Shown: one piece after another, positions 55,801 through 64,000 of the stretch
Numbering within the stretch: the stretch's first letter is position 1
Layout: every line of letters begins with the position of its first letter
From: an uncultured Acidobacteriota bacterium
GTDB lineage: Bacteria; Acidobacteriota; Thermoanaerobaculia; Multivoradales; UBA5704
Direction of reading: 5' to 3'
DNA length: 64,000 nucleotides
Assembly: GCA_963770895.1 (NCBI GenBank)
Contig: CAVYRF010000001.1
Span: 1,120,001 to 1,184,000, forward strand
Position numbers and translations under genes: made by a program
Notes under the pieces: model-generated
Database searches by the model: none
What the model saw: only the letters and a program-made list of their open reading frames with translations
Told to the model about the DNA's origin: nothing

Positions 55801-58800
55801 TCGCGGCTCTCGCCCGCGAGGGGGAGGAGCGGCCGCTGCCGCGGCGGATCGTCCACCTGTGGGGCGTGCAGAAAAAAGGCCCGTGGCAACGCCGGTGCGC
55901 GAGCTGTCTGCTGGGGCTGGTGCAGGCGCTCGACCGCGCTGCCCGGACGCCCGGCACGGCAGCCGCCCTGCCGGCCCTCAGGGTGCTGGTGGCCGCCGAT
56001 GGCCTCCACCCGTTCGCGGCTGCCGGCCGGCGCCGTGCCGAGCTGGCGCCGCTCGCCGCGCTCTGCCGGGCGCTGCCGCGCGAGCTGCCGGGGATCGCCT
56101 GCCGCGCGGTGGACGTCGAGCTGCCGCGAGGGGCGGTGCGGCGAGAGCGGCTGGCCGCGGCCCTGCTGGCGGAGATCGCCGCGATTCCCGACACCACCGA
56201 AACCGCCGGGATCGGCGACGTCGGCGATATCGGCGGCAGCGGCGAGCACCGCCAGGGTCGCGGGACGCCCTGGCCGGGCGGCATCGCGCTGCGCGCCGGC
56301 GAGCGCTGGGCCGAGGCGTTCGAGCTGGTGCCGGCCGACCCGGCGGCGCCGTCGCGGCCGTTGGCGGAAGATGCGACGGTGCTCCTCCTGGGTCGGCGCG
56401 CCGGCTTGCTCGCGGCGGCGGCCGTGGCGCTCGGCCGGATGGGCGTGCGCACGGTCTGGGACCAGGGGGAATCCGGGCCGACGGCAGCTGGCGCTGCCGG
56501 TGCCACCGGTGCAGCGGGTGAGGCGCCGGCGCCGCTGGCCGGGGTGATCGTGGGCGAGGAGGCGCTCCTGGGAGAGCTGCCGGAGCTCCCCCTGGCGCAG
56601 GGGATGTCGGCCGACCTGGGCGCCTGGGACGCGGCGCTGGCGGGCGTGGCGGATCGCTTCGCGGCGCTGGTGCGGCGTCTCACCGTGCAGGAGGCGGGGT
56701 TCTGCCTCGTCGCCTCGTCCTTCGCGCCGCTCGCTCCGCGGCCGGGGGAGGCGCTGCGCGCCGCGGCAGGCAGCCTGGCCGATGCCCTGGCCGAGGAGGC
56801 CGGCTGGTCGGCGCCGGCTGTCGCATGGGGCCGGGTGGTCTGGGACGCGCGGCTGGAGGAGCCGAACGGAGCGGCGCCGCCCGCGGTCGGCGAGGCCGTG
56901 CCGGCCCAGATCCTGGCGAGCGTGCTCGCCCAGCTGGCGGCGGGGGAGGGCACCGAGCAGCTGGTGGTGTCGCGGGGCGAGCCGTCGCCGCCGCGGGCCA
57001 CGGCCTTCCCCGGCACGCTCCACGGCCGGCCCAACCTCAAGAACCCCTACGTCGCGCCGCGGAGCGAGAGCGAACGGCGGCTGGCCGCGATCTGGCAGGA
57101 CCTCCTGGGCATCGATCCGATCGGCATCCACGACAGCTTCTTCGAGCTGGGCGGCGACTCGCTCCTGGCCGTGCAGGTGATCGCCCGCGTGCGCGACGCC
57201 TGGGGCGTGGAGATCGCCCCGCGCGAGCTCTTCGAGGCGCGGACGCCCGCGGCGCTCGCCGCCGCGATCGCCGCCTTGCGCGCGGCCGATGGGATCCCGG
57301 CCGCAACGCCGGCGATCGTGCCGGCGGCGCGGCCGCAGGGACGCGAAAGCCGCGGCCCGCTGTCGTTCGCGCAGCAGCGGCTGTGGTTCATCGACCAGCT
57401 GGAAGGCGGCGCTCTCTACAACGTGCCGATGGCGCTGCGGGTGGACGGCGCGCTGTCGGTCGCCGTGCTGTCGCGGACGCTGCAGGAGGTGGTGCGCCGC
57501 CACGAGGTGCTGCGGACGGTGTTTCCCGCCGTGGACGGCCGGTCACAGCAGGTGATCCTGCCACCGGCCGGGCTGGCGCTGCCCCTGGTGGAGCTGACCG
57601 GCCTGCCCGCGGCGCTGCGCCAGCCGGTGGCGGCGCGCCTGGTGGCGGCGGAGGCGCGCCGGCCGTTCGACCTGGCGCGCGGGACGCGAGCTGCGGCGAG
57701 TGCCGGCCGGCCAACGCGGTCGGCCGGCCTCTTCCGCGCCGGACTCTGGCGGCTGGGCCAGACGGAGCACCTGCTTCTCCTCAACCTCCATCACATCGTG
57801 AGCGACGGCTGGTCGCTCGGCGTCCTGCTGCGGGAGATCGCGACGCTCTATGGGGCGTTTGCCGCAGGCGGTCCCTCGCCGCTGCCCGAGCTGCCGGTGC
57901 AGTACGCGGATTTCGCGATCTGGCAGCGCTCCTGGCTGCAGGGCGAGGTGCTGGACGAGCATCTCGACTACTGGCGGCGGCAGCTGGCCGGGGTGCCGCC
58001 CGTGCTGGCGCTGCCGCTCGACCGGCCGCGCCCGCCGGTGCAGACGTTCCCCGGCGCGACCCGGCCGCTGCAGCTCGAGCGCGGGCTGTCGGACGCGGTG
58101 GGCGAGCTGTGCCGCAGCCGCGGGGTGACGCCGTTCATGGTCCTGCTGGCCGCCTGGACGGCGCTCCTGGGACGCCATGCGGGACAGGACGACGTGCCGG
58201 TCGGCACGCCGGTCGCCGGCCGCGGCCGCCGCGAGACCGAAGGACTGATCGGCTTCTTCGTCAACACCCTGGTGCTGCGCGGGGACCTTGCGGGCAACCC
58301 GAGCTTCGCCGAGCTGCTCGACCGGGTGCGCCGCACGTCGCTCGACGCCTTCGCCCACCAGGACCTGCCGTTCGAGCGCATCGTCGAGGCGATCGCGGTC
58401 GAGCGCAACCGCGCGGTCTCGCCGCTCTTCCAGGTCTTCTTCGCGTTCCAGAACATCCGGCTGGGGACCCTCGACCTGTCCGGGCTGCGCCTGGCCCCGC
58501 TCGACGTCCATACCGGCCTGGCGAACTTCGATCTCACCCTGACGCTGCAGCAGGGTCCGGCCGGCTTCGCCGGGACGCTCGAGCACAATACCGACCTGTT
58601 CGACGGCAGCACGGCGGAGCGGCTGGCGGCCCACTTCGCCACCCTGCTGCGCGCCGCGATGGACGATCCCGGATTGCCGGTCCAGGACCTGCCGCTGCTG
58701 CCTGCCTGGGAACGGCAGCAGTCGCTCGTCGAATGGTGCGACACCGACCGCGCCTTGGCCCCGGTGTGCCTGCACCAGCTGGTCGAGGCGCAGCTCGACC

Positions 58801-61800
58801 GCGCTCCGGACGCCGTCGCCCTGATCGCCGGCGACCGCCACCTGAGCTGCGCCGAGCTCGAGGCGCGGGCCAACCGGGTGGCCCGCCACCTGCGATCGCT
58901 CGCGGTCGGTCCGGACCAGCTGGTCGGCCTGTGCACCGACCGCTCGCCGGAGATGGTGATCGGCATGCTGGGCATCCTCAAGGCCGGCGGCGCCTATCTG
59001 CCGCTCGATCCGGCCTATCCCCGCGAGCGTCTGGCGTTCCTGATGGAGGACTCGGGGGTGCGGGTGCTGCTGACCGAAGGCGACCTTGCCGAGCGTGTTC
59101 CGGCAGGCGCCGCGCGCGTCGTGCGGCTCGACGGCCCAGCGTTCCTCGGCGCGGCGAGCGGCGAGCGGCGCCGCGAGGGCGGCGCGACGCCGGCGAGCCT
59201 GGCGTACGTCATCTACACCTCCGGTTCGACCGGCAAGCCGAAGGGCGCGGGGATCTCCCACGCCGCGGTGGTCAACCTGCTTGCCTCGATGCAGGCGCGG
59301 CCGGGCATGGGGACCGCGGACGCGCTGCTGGCGGTCACCACGCTGAGCTTCGACATCGCGGCGCTGGAGATCTACCTGCCGCTGGTGTGCGGGGCGCGGC
59401 TGCTGCTCGCGTCGCGCCAGATGGCGCAGGACGGCGAGCTGCTGCGGCAGGCGCTCGCGGCCGGCGAGGTGACGGTGATGCAGGCCACCCCCGCCACCTG
59501 GCGGCTGCTGCTCGCGGCCGGCTGGACGGGGGCGCGCGGGCTGACGGTGCTCTGCGGCGGGGAGGCGCTGGCGCGCGACCTCGCCGACCAGCTGCTCGGC
59601 GCGTGCGACAGCTTGTGGAACGTCTACGGGCCGACCGAGACGACGATCTGGTCCAGCCTGGACGAGGTGGCGCCGGGCGGCGAGGGCGGCGACCGTGTCG
59701 TGGGCGGCGGGGGTGTCCCGAGCGTCGGCGGCGGCGCGGTGGCGATCGGCCGGCCGCTGGACAACACCGGGATCTACCTGGTTTCGCCGCGGCTCGAGGC
59801 GGTGCCGGCCGGGGTGGCGGGCGAGCTGCTGATCGGCGGCGCGGGCCTGGCACGCGGCTACCACGGCCGCCCCGATCTCACCGCCGAGAAGTTCGTCCCG
59901 CACCCTTTGGCGGCGGCGCGGCCGGCGGCGGGCGCGCGCCTCTACCGCACCGGCGACCTGGCCCGCCACCTGGCCGGCGGCCGCATCGAGTACCTGGGCC
60001 GCATCGACCACCAGGTGAAGGTGCGCGGTTTCCGCATCGAGCCGGGCGAGATCGAGGCCGCGCTGGGCCGCCACCCGGAGCTGCGGCAGGCGGTGGTGGC
60101 GGTGCGCGAGGACCGCCCCGGAGACCAGCGGCTGGTGGCCTGGGTGGTGCCGTCGGGGGAGCGGGCGCCGGCAGCCGCCGAGCTGCGCTCGTACCTGGCC
60201 GAGCGCCTGCCGGAGCCGCTGGTGCCGGCGGCCTTCGTGGCGCTCGCCAGCCTGCCGTTGCTGCCCAACGGCAAGGTGGACCGGCGTGCGCTGCCGGCGC
60301 CGGAGTGGACGCCGGCCGCCGCCGCCGCGTCGCTGCCGCGCACTCCCGCCGAAGAGCTTCTGGCGGGGATCTTCGCCGAGGTGCTGGGGCTGCCGGGCGT
60401 GGGGGCGGAGGACGACTTCTTCACCCTCGGCGGCCACTCGCTGCTCGCCACCCAGCTGGTGGCGCGCATCTTCCAGGTCTTCGGCGTCGAGCTGCCGCTG
60501 CGGGCGGTGTTCGAAAGCCGCACCCTGGCGCAGATGGCGGCGCGGATCGCGGCGTTGCGCGGCGCCGCCGCCGCCGGCGCCGGCATGGCGCCGCCGCTCG
60601 TGCCGCGCGCCGCCGGGGCCGATGCGCGCGGCCTGCCGCTGTCGTTTGCCCAGGAGCGGCTGTGGTTCCTCGACCAGCTGGTGCCCGACAATCCGTTCTA
60701 CAACATCTACAACGCCCTGCGCATCGAGGGACCGCTCGACGAGGCGACCCTGGAGCGCGCGGTGCGCGAGGTGATGCACCGCCACGAGGGGCTGCGCACC
60801 GTCTTCGCGGAGCGCGACGGGATCCCGGTCCAGGTGGTGCAGAGCGCGCCGGCGCGCGGCCTGGCGACGATCGACCTCACCGCCCTGGGCGCCGCGCCGC
60901 GCCGCGCCGAAGCGGACCGGCTGGCGGGCGCCGAGGGGCGGCGGCCGCACAATCTGACCCGCGGGCCGCTGCTGCGCGCCCACCTGGTGCGCTTGAGCGC
61001 CGGCGACCGGCTGTTGATGCTCAACGTCCACCACATTGCCGCCGACGGCTGGTCCATGGATCTGCTCAGCCGCGAGCTCGCCGCCCTCTACGGCGCCTTC
61101 GCGCGCGGCGAGCCGTCGCCGCTGCCGCCGCTGGCGGTGCAGTACCCCGACTTCGCGCTCTGGCAGCGCGAGTGGCTGGCCGCGGGACCGCTCGCGGCGC
61201 AGCTCGACTACTGGCGCCGGCAGCTCGCCGGCCTCGACGAGGCGCTCGACCTGCCTGCCGACCGGCCGCGGTCGGCCGTCGAGTCGTTCCGCGGCGGGCA
61301 TCTCGACTTCGCCCTGGCGCCGCGGCTGGCCGCCGACCTCACCGCGCTCGCCCGCCGCCACGGCGCGACCCCGGCCATGGCTCTGCTCGCCGCCTTCCAG
61401 GCGCTGCTGGGGCGCGACACCGGCCGCCGCGACGTGCCGGTCGGCGTCGCCATCGCCAACCGCACCCGCCGCGAGGTCGAAGACCTGATCGGCTTCTTCG
61501 TCAACACCCTGGTGCTGCGCCTCGACCTCGGTGGGCGCCCTGGTCTGGGCGCCCTGCTGGGCCGCGTCCGCGACGTGGCGCTGGCCGCCTACGACCACCA
61601 GGACCTGCCTTTCGAGCGCCTGGTCGAGGACCTCAACCCGGGCCGCAGCCTGGCGCGCAATCCGCTGGTGCAGGTGCTGTTCGGCTTCCAGAACTTCCCG
61701 CGCACCGCGGTCGCAGTCGGCGGGTTGACCTTTGCCCCGCTCGCCGAAAACGCCGCCGATCCGGGCACCTCCAAGTTCGACCTCACGCTCTTCGTCTTCG

Positions 61801-64000
61801 AGCACGGCGCGTCGCTCAGCGCCAACCTCGAGTACAACAGCGACCTCTTCGACGCCGCCACCGTCCGGCGCCTGACGGAGCGCTTCCAGGCACTCCTCAC
61901 GGCCGCGGTGGGCGATCCGCAAGCGCCGGTCGCCGCGCTGCCGCTGCTCGGCGCCGCCGAGCGGCACCAGCTGCTCCACGAATGGAATCCCGGCGCCACC
62001 AGCTACCCGGCCGAGCCCGGCCTGGCGGCCCTCTTCGCGCGCCAGGCGGCGCGCCGGCCGGCGGCCCCGGCCGTGCGTTACGGCGACACGCTGCTGACCT
62101 ACGGCGAGCTGCGGCGCCGCGCCGGCCGCCTGGCCCGCCGCCTGCGCGCGCAGGGCGTCGGCGTGGACACCCGAGTCGGATTGGCCGTCGAGCGCTCGCC
62201 GCATCTGGTGGCGGCAATGCTCGGCATCGTCGAGGCGGGCGGCGCCTACGTGCCGCTCGATCCCGACTATCCGCGGGCGCGGCTCGACTACATCCTGCGC
62301 GACTGCGGCCTGCAGGTGCTGGTGGCGACGCGGACGGCGCTCGCGGCGCTGCCGGCGCCGCCGGCAGACATGGGAGTCGCGCACGTCGTCCTGGTCGGGG
62401 AGCCGGGCGACGACGCCGCGGAGGGCGGGTCGCCGGTCGCGCCGAGCGCCCTCGCCTCGCCGGGCGCCGGCGCGGCCAGCCTGGCCTACGTGATCTACAC
62501 CTCGGGCTCCACCGGCGAGCCCAAGGGGGTGGAGGTGCCGCAGGGCGCGGTGGCGCGGCTGGTGCTCGCGACCGACTACCTGCAGCTCGGGCCGGACGAC
62601 CGGGTCGGCCAGGCCGCCAACGCCAACTTCGACGCCATCACCTTCGAGGTCTGGGGTCCGCTGCTCAACGGCGGCTGCATCGTCGGCATCGACAAGGACG
62701 TGGCGCTGGCGCCGGCGGCCCTGGCGCGCCTGCTGCGCGACCAGCAGGTGACGGCGATGTTCCTGACCTCCTCGCTGTTCAACCAGGTGGTGCGCGAGGA
62801 GCCGGGCGCCTTCGCCGGCCTCGACACGCTGCTGGTCGGCGGCGAGGCGGTCGATCCGGGCTGGGTCCGCAAGCTGCTCGCCGGGGCGCCGCCGCGCCGG
62901 CTGCTCAACGGTTACGGGCCGACCGAGAGCACCACGTTCGCCTCGTGGCACCGCGTCGCCGCGCCGCCCGCCGACGGCGCCACGGTGCCGATCGGGCTGC
63001 CGCTCGCCAACACCAGCCTGCACGTGCTCGACGGCGAGCTGCAGCCGGTGCCGATCGGCGTCGCGGGGCAGCTGGCCATCGGCGGCGACGGCCTGGCCCG
63101 CGGCTACTGCCGCCGGCCGGCCGCCACGGCGGAGCGCTTCGTGCCCGATCCCTTCGCCGGGCCGGCCGGCGCCCGCCTCTACCTCACCGGCGATCGCGTG
63201 CGCCGGCGCGCCGACGGCGCCATCGAGTTCCTCGGCCGCCTCGATCGCCAGGTCAAGATCCGCGGCTTCCGCATCGAGCCCGGCGAGATCGAGGCCCGCC
63301 TGCGCGAGCACCCGGCGGTCGGCGACTGCGTGGTCGCGGCGCTGCCGGCGGCCGGGGGCGACGGCAGCGGCAAGGCCGCCGCCGCCGCCCCCGCCGAACG
63401 CCGCCTGGTCGCCTACGTGGTGCAGGACCCCGACTGGCAAGGTGGCGAGGAAGCCGGCACCCAGCACGACCAGGTGACCCAGTGGGGCGTCGTCTTCGAC
63501 GACATCTACCACCGCGACGCCGCCGATCCCGACCCGACCTTCAACTTCGTCGGCTGGGACAGCACCTACACCGGCGAGCCGCTGCCGCGGGCGCAGATGG
63601 TGGAGTGGCTCGACGACACGCTGGCGCGGATCTCCGCCCTCGCGCCGCGACGGGTGCTCGAGATCGGCTGCGGCACCGGCATGCTGCTGTTCCGGCTGGC
63701 CCCGCGGTGCGAGCTGTATTGGGGGGCCGACGTTTCGGCCCGCGCCCTCGCCTATGTCCAAAGCCGGCTGGGCGACCTGGCCGGCGATCCCGGCCGGGTG
63801 CGCCTGCTGGCCCGCCCGGCCGACTGCTTCGACGGCATCGCCCCCGGCTCGTTCGACACCGTCATTCTCAACTCGGTGGTCCAGTACTTCCCCAGCGCCG
63901 AGTACCTGGCCGGCGTGCTGGCGGCGGCCGCCGCGGCGGTGCGTCCGGGCGGCGCCATCTTCCTTGGCGACGTGCGCAGCCTGTCGCTGCTGCCGGCCTT
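49872..64000 (+). CDS. Hybrid NRPS-PKS, C(inactive)-A-KS-AT(inactive)-KR(degenerate)-ACP-C-A-PCP-C-A-nMT..., 3' truncated by window edge
   Basis: Absent from the ORF track because it has no stop in the window. ATG 49872 after gggagg; motifs checked at 50331, 51900, 54702 and 63960 share one frame. C HPIVGDG, KS QTACSTS, AT GHGLG, ACP GGDSL. A10 code DILQLGVIWK (Gly), A11 DAFFLGGTFK (Val/Ile), nMT VLEIGCGTG. Confidence 0.9.
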   Translation, partial: MTPENLESIYRLSPVNEGMLSFAQERLWSLDQLQGGALNNVPLALRMSGELRVALLARALAEVRRRHQVLRAVFRGDGGDGGGGQVRQMVLPPAGADLGLVDLTALPIARRQPAAAEGIAAEARRPFDLARGPLLRTRLFQLGETEHLLLVELHPIVGDGWSTGVLVREVAALYRAFFLGEASPLGELPVQYADFAAWQRSWLSGEVLARQLAFWREHLAGAPPVLELPTDRPRPQLQNLRGRRLAVDLDRSLADALVALGQRHRATLFMVLAAAFQALLARTSGAPEICLGTPVAGRTRPETEGLIGPFANTLVLRGDLSRDPTFADHLAAVRRDVVAASEHQELPFAKLLAALVPEHQRSLAHTPLFQVMLALQNAPVGPLDLPGVRLEPLALENPCARFDLTLTLAEAARGLAGSMEYGVALFDRATIARLAAQLETLLRSVTSTVTGAAGAEQRISALALLGAAERQQLLVEWRGQAGQAPAVTVPERLALQASRTPTAVALEWRDQRLTYGELARRAGLVARRLRAAGVGAETRVGLLVERSLDLVTGLLGIWLAGGAAVPLDPGQPASRLQQLLDDALPAGAAALVSQRSLAELHASLRLGSLPVVWMEDAAQAAAEAGPALSPPAPGDLAYLVYTSGSTGRPKAVMVEHGSLAHTMAAYEACGLAVAERVPILAPATFDAFFCELLPLLTGGTAVLFDIRPVLDQQLLLAELERATVLFATPALMRQLTAALLERAARGSRPPRLRWVWSGGEAVGRDLVAAMRRAFPGSRIGVLYGPTETTVDALWDEPDAETHNGLGWPLPGVTVEVRDAAWSLAPAGSPGELWLGGPGLARGYLGRPDLTAERFVPSPSGRGARLYRSGDLVRFRPNGRLEFLGRMDQQVKLRGIRVEPGEVEAVLADFPGVAAAAVLVRRHAAGDERLVACVAAAAGLQIGELRRFAESRLPSYMVPNQFVLLEGLPLTRHGKVDRRALSELAMAEAPAAAAAREPQAAARAVAIVGMAGRFPGAPDLAAFWRNLRDGIESISFFTDAELDRAGVRRELRQTPGYVAAAGVLPEADLFDAGFFDVGPREAQIMDPQQRVLLEVAAEALERAGYGAGSLAAGAARIGVFAGGGTSTYALNHLIGRAEFDGLELALGNDSDFLATRLSYKLDLKGPAVTVQTACSTSLVAVHQAVRSLLDGECDLALAGGVNVTSTQFDGHVYQEGGIVSPDGHNRAFDARAKGSVSGNGAGVVVLKPLARALADGDPIHAVVLGSALNNDGAGKVGFTAPAELGQAQVIAAAQAAAGVSPESIGYVEAHGSATPVGDPIEIAALTRAFRAGTARQGFCAVGSVKTNIGHNGSAAGIAGLLKTVLALAHGQIPASLHYERPNPQIDFASSPFYVPRELAGWPAGGAPRRAGVSSFGLGGTNVHVVLEEAPAPPPAAAPSRPWQPLVLSARTAAALEAATDRLVAHLEAHPDADLADVAATLATGRKGHSWRRAVVCRDTREARQLLAARDPRRLLSATVDGASRPVAFLFSGPDEQYPAMAAGLYRDEPAFRERLDRHAAVLAPLLGVDPLAVLFAPAAPLAPTAVSQPLLFAVELALAELWRQWGVEPQAMLGHGLGEYVAACVAGVFSAEAALRLVVERARRIDALSPGAMLAVPLGREELQPLLPDQAWMAAVDGPRTSVVSGTPAAIAQLARRLDEQGIASRLLATTHALHCPLLAPAAAALAELLRQVPLAAPRIPCLSSLTGTWITASQATDPGYWAEQLCRPVQFAAGVAELWREPGRVLVEIGPGANLASLALQQPAGGAADPVAVSSLPEAYERQPDRAHLLGAAARLWLSGVRLDWRAVWGGERRRRLALPTYPFERQRYWIERLGPAARTRLDALPETAPESGPRLYLPAWRLTPSLPAPDAARLRGQGAPWLVLSDDAGLGRCITARLRQAGARVVEVAAGDGFAALGADAFRVDPREPGDYGLLVAALAREGEERPLPRRIVHLWGVQKKGPWQRRCASCLLGLVQALDRAARTPGTAAALPALRVLVAADGLHPFAAAGRRRAELAPLAALCRALPRELPGIACRAVDVELPRGAVRRERLAAALLAEIAAIPDTTETAGIGDVGDIGGSGEHRQGRGTPWPGGIALRAGERWAEAFELVPADPAAPSRPLAEDATVLLLGRRAGLLAAAAVALGRMGVRTVWDQGESGPTAAGAAGATGAAGEAPAPLAGVIVGEEALLGELPELPLAQGMSADLGAWDAALAGVADRFAALVRRLTVQEAGFCLVASSFAPLAPRPGEALRAAAGSLADALAEEAGWSAPAVAWGRVVWDARLEEPNGAAPPAVGEAVPAQILASVLAQLAAGEGTEQLVVSRGEPSPPRATAFPGTLHGRPNLKNPYVAPRSESERRLAAIWQDLLGIDPIGIHDSFFELGGDSLLAVQVIARVRDAWGVEIAPRELFEARTPAALAAAIAALRAADGIPAATPAIVPAARPQGRESRGPLSFAQQRLWFIDQLEGGALYNVPMALRVDGALSVAVLSRTLQEVVRRHEVLRTVFPAVDGRSQQVILPPAGLALPLVELTGLPAALRQPVAARLVAAEARRPFDLARGTRAAASAGRPTRSAGLFRAGLWRLGQTEHLLLLNLHHIVSDGWSLGVLLREIATLYGAFAAGGPSPLPELPVQYADFAIWQRSWLQGEVLDEHLDYWRRQLAGVPPVLALPLDRPRPPVQTFPGATRPLQLERGLSDAVGELCRSRGVTPFMVLLAAWTALLGRHAGQDDVPVGTPVAGRGRRETEGLIGFFVNTLVLRGDLAGNPSFAELLDRVRRTSLDAFAHQDLPFERIVEAIAVERNRAVSPLFQVFFAFQNIRLGTLDLSGLRLAPLDVHTGLANFDLTLTLQQGPAGFAGTLEHNTDLFDGSTAERLAAHFATLLRAAMDDPGLPVQDLPLLPAWERQQSLVEWCDTDRALAPVCLHQLVEAQLDRAPDAVALIAGDRHLSCAELEARANRVARHLRSLAVGPDQLVGLCTDRSPEMVIGMLGILKAGGAYLPLDPAYPRERLAFLMEDSGVRVLLTEGDLAERVPAGAARVVRLDGPAFLGAASGERRREGGATPASLAYVIYTSGSTGKPKGAGISHAAVVNLLASMQARPGMGTADALLAVTTLSFDIAALEIYLPLVCGARLLLASRQMAQDGELLRQALAAGEVTVMQATPATWRLLLAAGWTGARGLTVLCGGEALARDLADQLLGACDSLWNVYGPTETTIWSSLDEVAPGGEGGDRVVGGGGVPSVGGGAVAIGRPLDNTGIYLVSPRLEAVPAGVAGELLIGGAGLARGYHGRPDLTAEKFVPHPLAAARPAAGARLYRTGDLARHLAGGRIEYLGRIDHQVKVRGFRIEPGEIEAALGRHPELRQAVVAVREDRPGDQRLVAWVVPSGERAPAAAELRSYLAERLPEPLVPAAFVALASLPLLPNGKVDRRALPAPEWTPAAAAASLPRTPAEELLAGIFAEVLGLPGVGAEDDFFTLGGHSLLATQLVARIFQVFGVELPLRAVFESRTLAQMAARIAALRGAAAAGAGMAPPLVPRAAGADARGLPLSFAQERLWFLDQLVPDNPFYNIYNALRIEGPLDEATLERAVREVMHRHEGLRTVFAERDGIPVQVVQSAPARGLATIDLTALGAAPRRAEADRLAGAEGRRPHNLTRGPLLRAHLVRLSAGDRLLMLNVHHIAADGWSMDLLSRELAALYGAFARGEPSPLPPLAVQYPDFALWQREWLAAGPLAAQLDYWRRQLAGLDEALDLPADRPRSAVESFRGGHLDFALAPRLAADLTALARRHGATPAMALLAAFQALLGRDTGRRDVPVGVAIANRTRREVEDLIGFFVNTLVLRLDLGGRPGLGALLGRVRDVALAAYDHQDLPFERLVEDLNPGRSLARNPLVQVLFGFQNFPRTAVAVGGLTFAPLAENAADPGTSKFDLTLFVFEHGASLSANLEYNSDLFDAATVRRLTERFQALLTAAVGDPQAPVAALPLLGAAERHQLLHEWNPGATSYPAEPGLAALFARQAARRPAAPAVRYGDTLLTYGELRRRAGRLARRLRAQGVGVDTRVGLAVERSPHLVAAMLGIVEAGGAYVPLDPDYPRARLDYILRDCGLQVLVATRTALAALPAPPADMGVAHVVLVGEPGDDAAEGGSPVAPSALASPGAGAASLAYVIYTSGSTGEPKGVEVPQGAVARLVLATDYLQLGPDDRVGQAANANFDAITFEVWGPLLNGGCIVGIDKDVALAPAALARLLRDQQVTAMFLTSSLFNQVVREEPGAFAGLDTLLVGGEAVDPGWVRKLLAGAPPRRLLNGYGPTESTTFASWHRVAAPPADGATVPIGLPLANTSLHVLDGELQPVPIGVAGQLAIGGDGLARGYCRRPAATAERFVPDPFAGPAGARLYLTGDRVRRRADGAIEFLGRLDRQVKIRGFRIEPGEIEARLREHPAVGDCVVAALPAAGGDGSGKAAAAAPAERRLVAYVVQDPDWQGGEEAGTQHDQVTQWGVVFDDIYHRDAADPDPTFNFVGWDSTYTGEPLPRAQMVEWLDDTLARISALAPRRVLEIGCGTGMLLFRLAPRCELYWGADVSARALAYVQSRLGDLAGDPGRVRLLARPADCFDGIAPGSFDTVILNSVVQYFPSAEYLAGVLAAAAAAVRPGGAIFLGDVRSLSLLPA

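Noticed and set aside
48459-63761. Very long minus-strand ORFs (3014 aa and 2072 aa; likewise 19557-24707, 9633-12926, 37996-41433)
   Set aside because: Antisense shadows of GC-rich NRPS/PKS coding sequence. They are R/G/A/Q-rich with no domain motifs, while the plus strand carries clear motifs.

Overview
Very GC-rich bacterial DNA; the IPTL-CTERM-type sorting tail and NRPS style suggest Acidobacteriota, but that is inference only. (1) Bases 1-9.1 kb are an accessory island. It encodes a TolB/PD40 beta-propeller, a sulfotransferase, three glycosyltransferases, a PqqD/RRE chaperone, a luciferase-like monooxygenase, a secreted esterase and a secreted VOC protein. At its centre are two small genes that together appear to form ONE DUF11 (CnaA-like, Lys-Asn isopeptide-type) Ig domain. 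A Tat/RiPP-like leader protein carries the Lys and Asp part. A separate Sec-exported mini-protein with an IPTL-CTERM-like anchor carries the missing Asn strands. This looks like a natural Catcher/Tag covalent surface-display system for a modified peptide, and it is the best candidate for an undescribed system. (2) Bases 9.6-64 kb are a large hybrid NRPS-PKS cluster that runs off the right edge: six genes, 11 A domains, 2 KS and 3 N-methyltransferases, with no E or TE domain seen. Oddities include an orphan N-terminal ACP, twin HHLVTDWIS condensation domains after a KR-dead PKS, a terminal C domain facing a dead C domain, and an A domain fused directly to a KS with no carrier and a Ser-less AT. 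All family calls and A-domain codes were made by eye from motifs; no searches were run.
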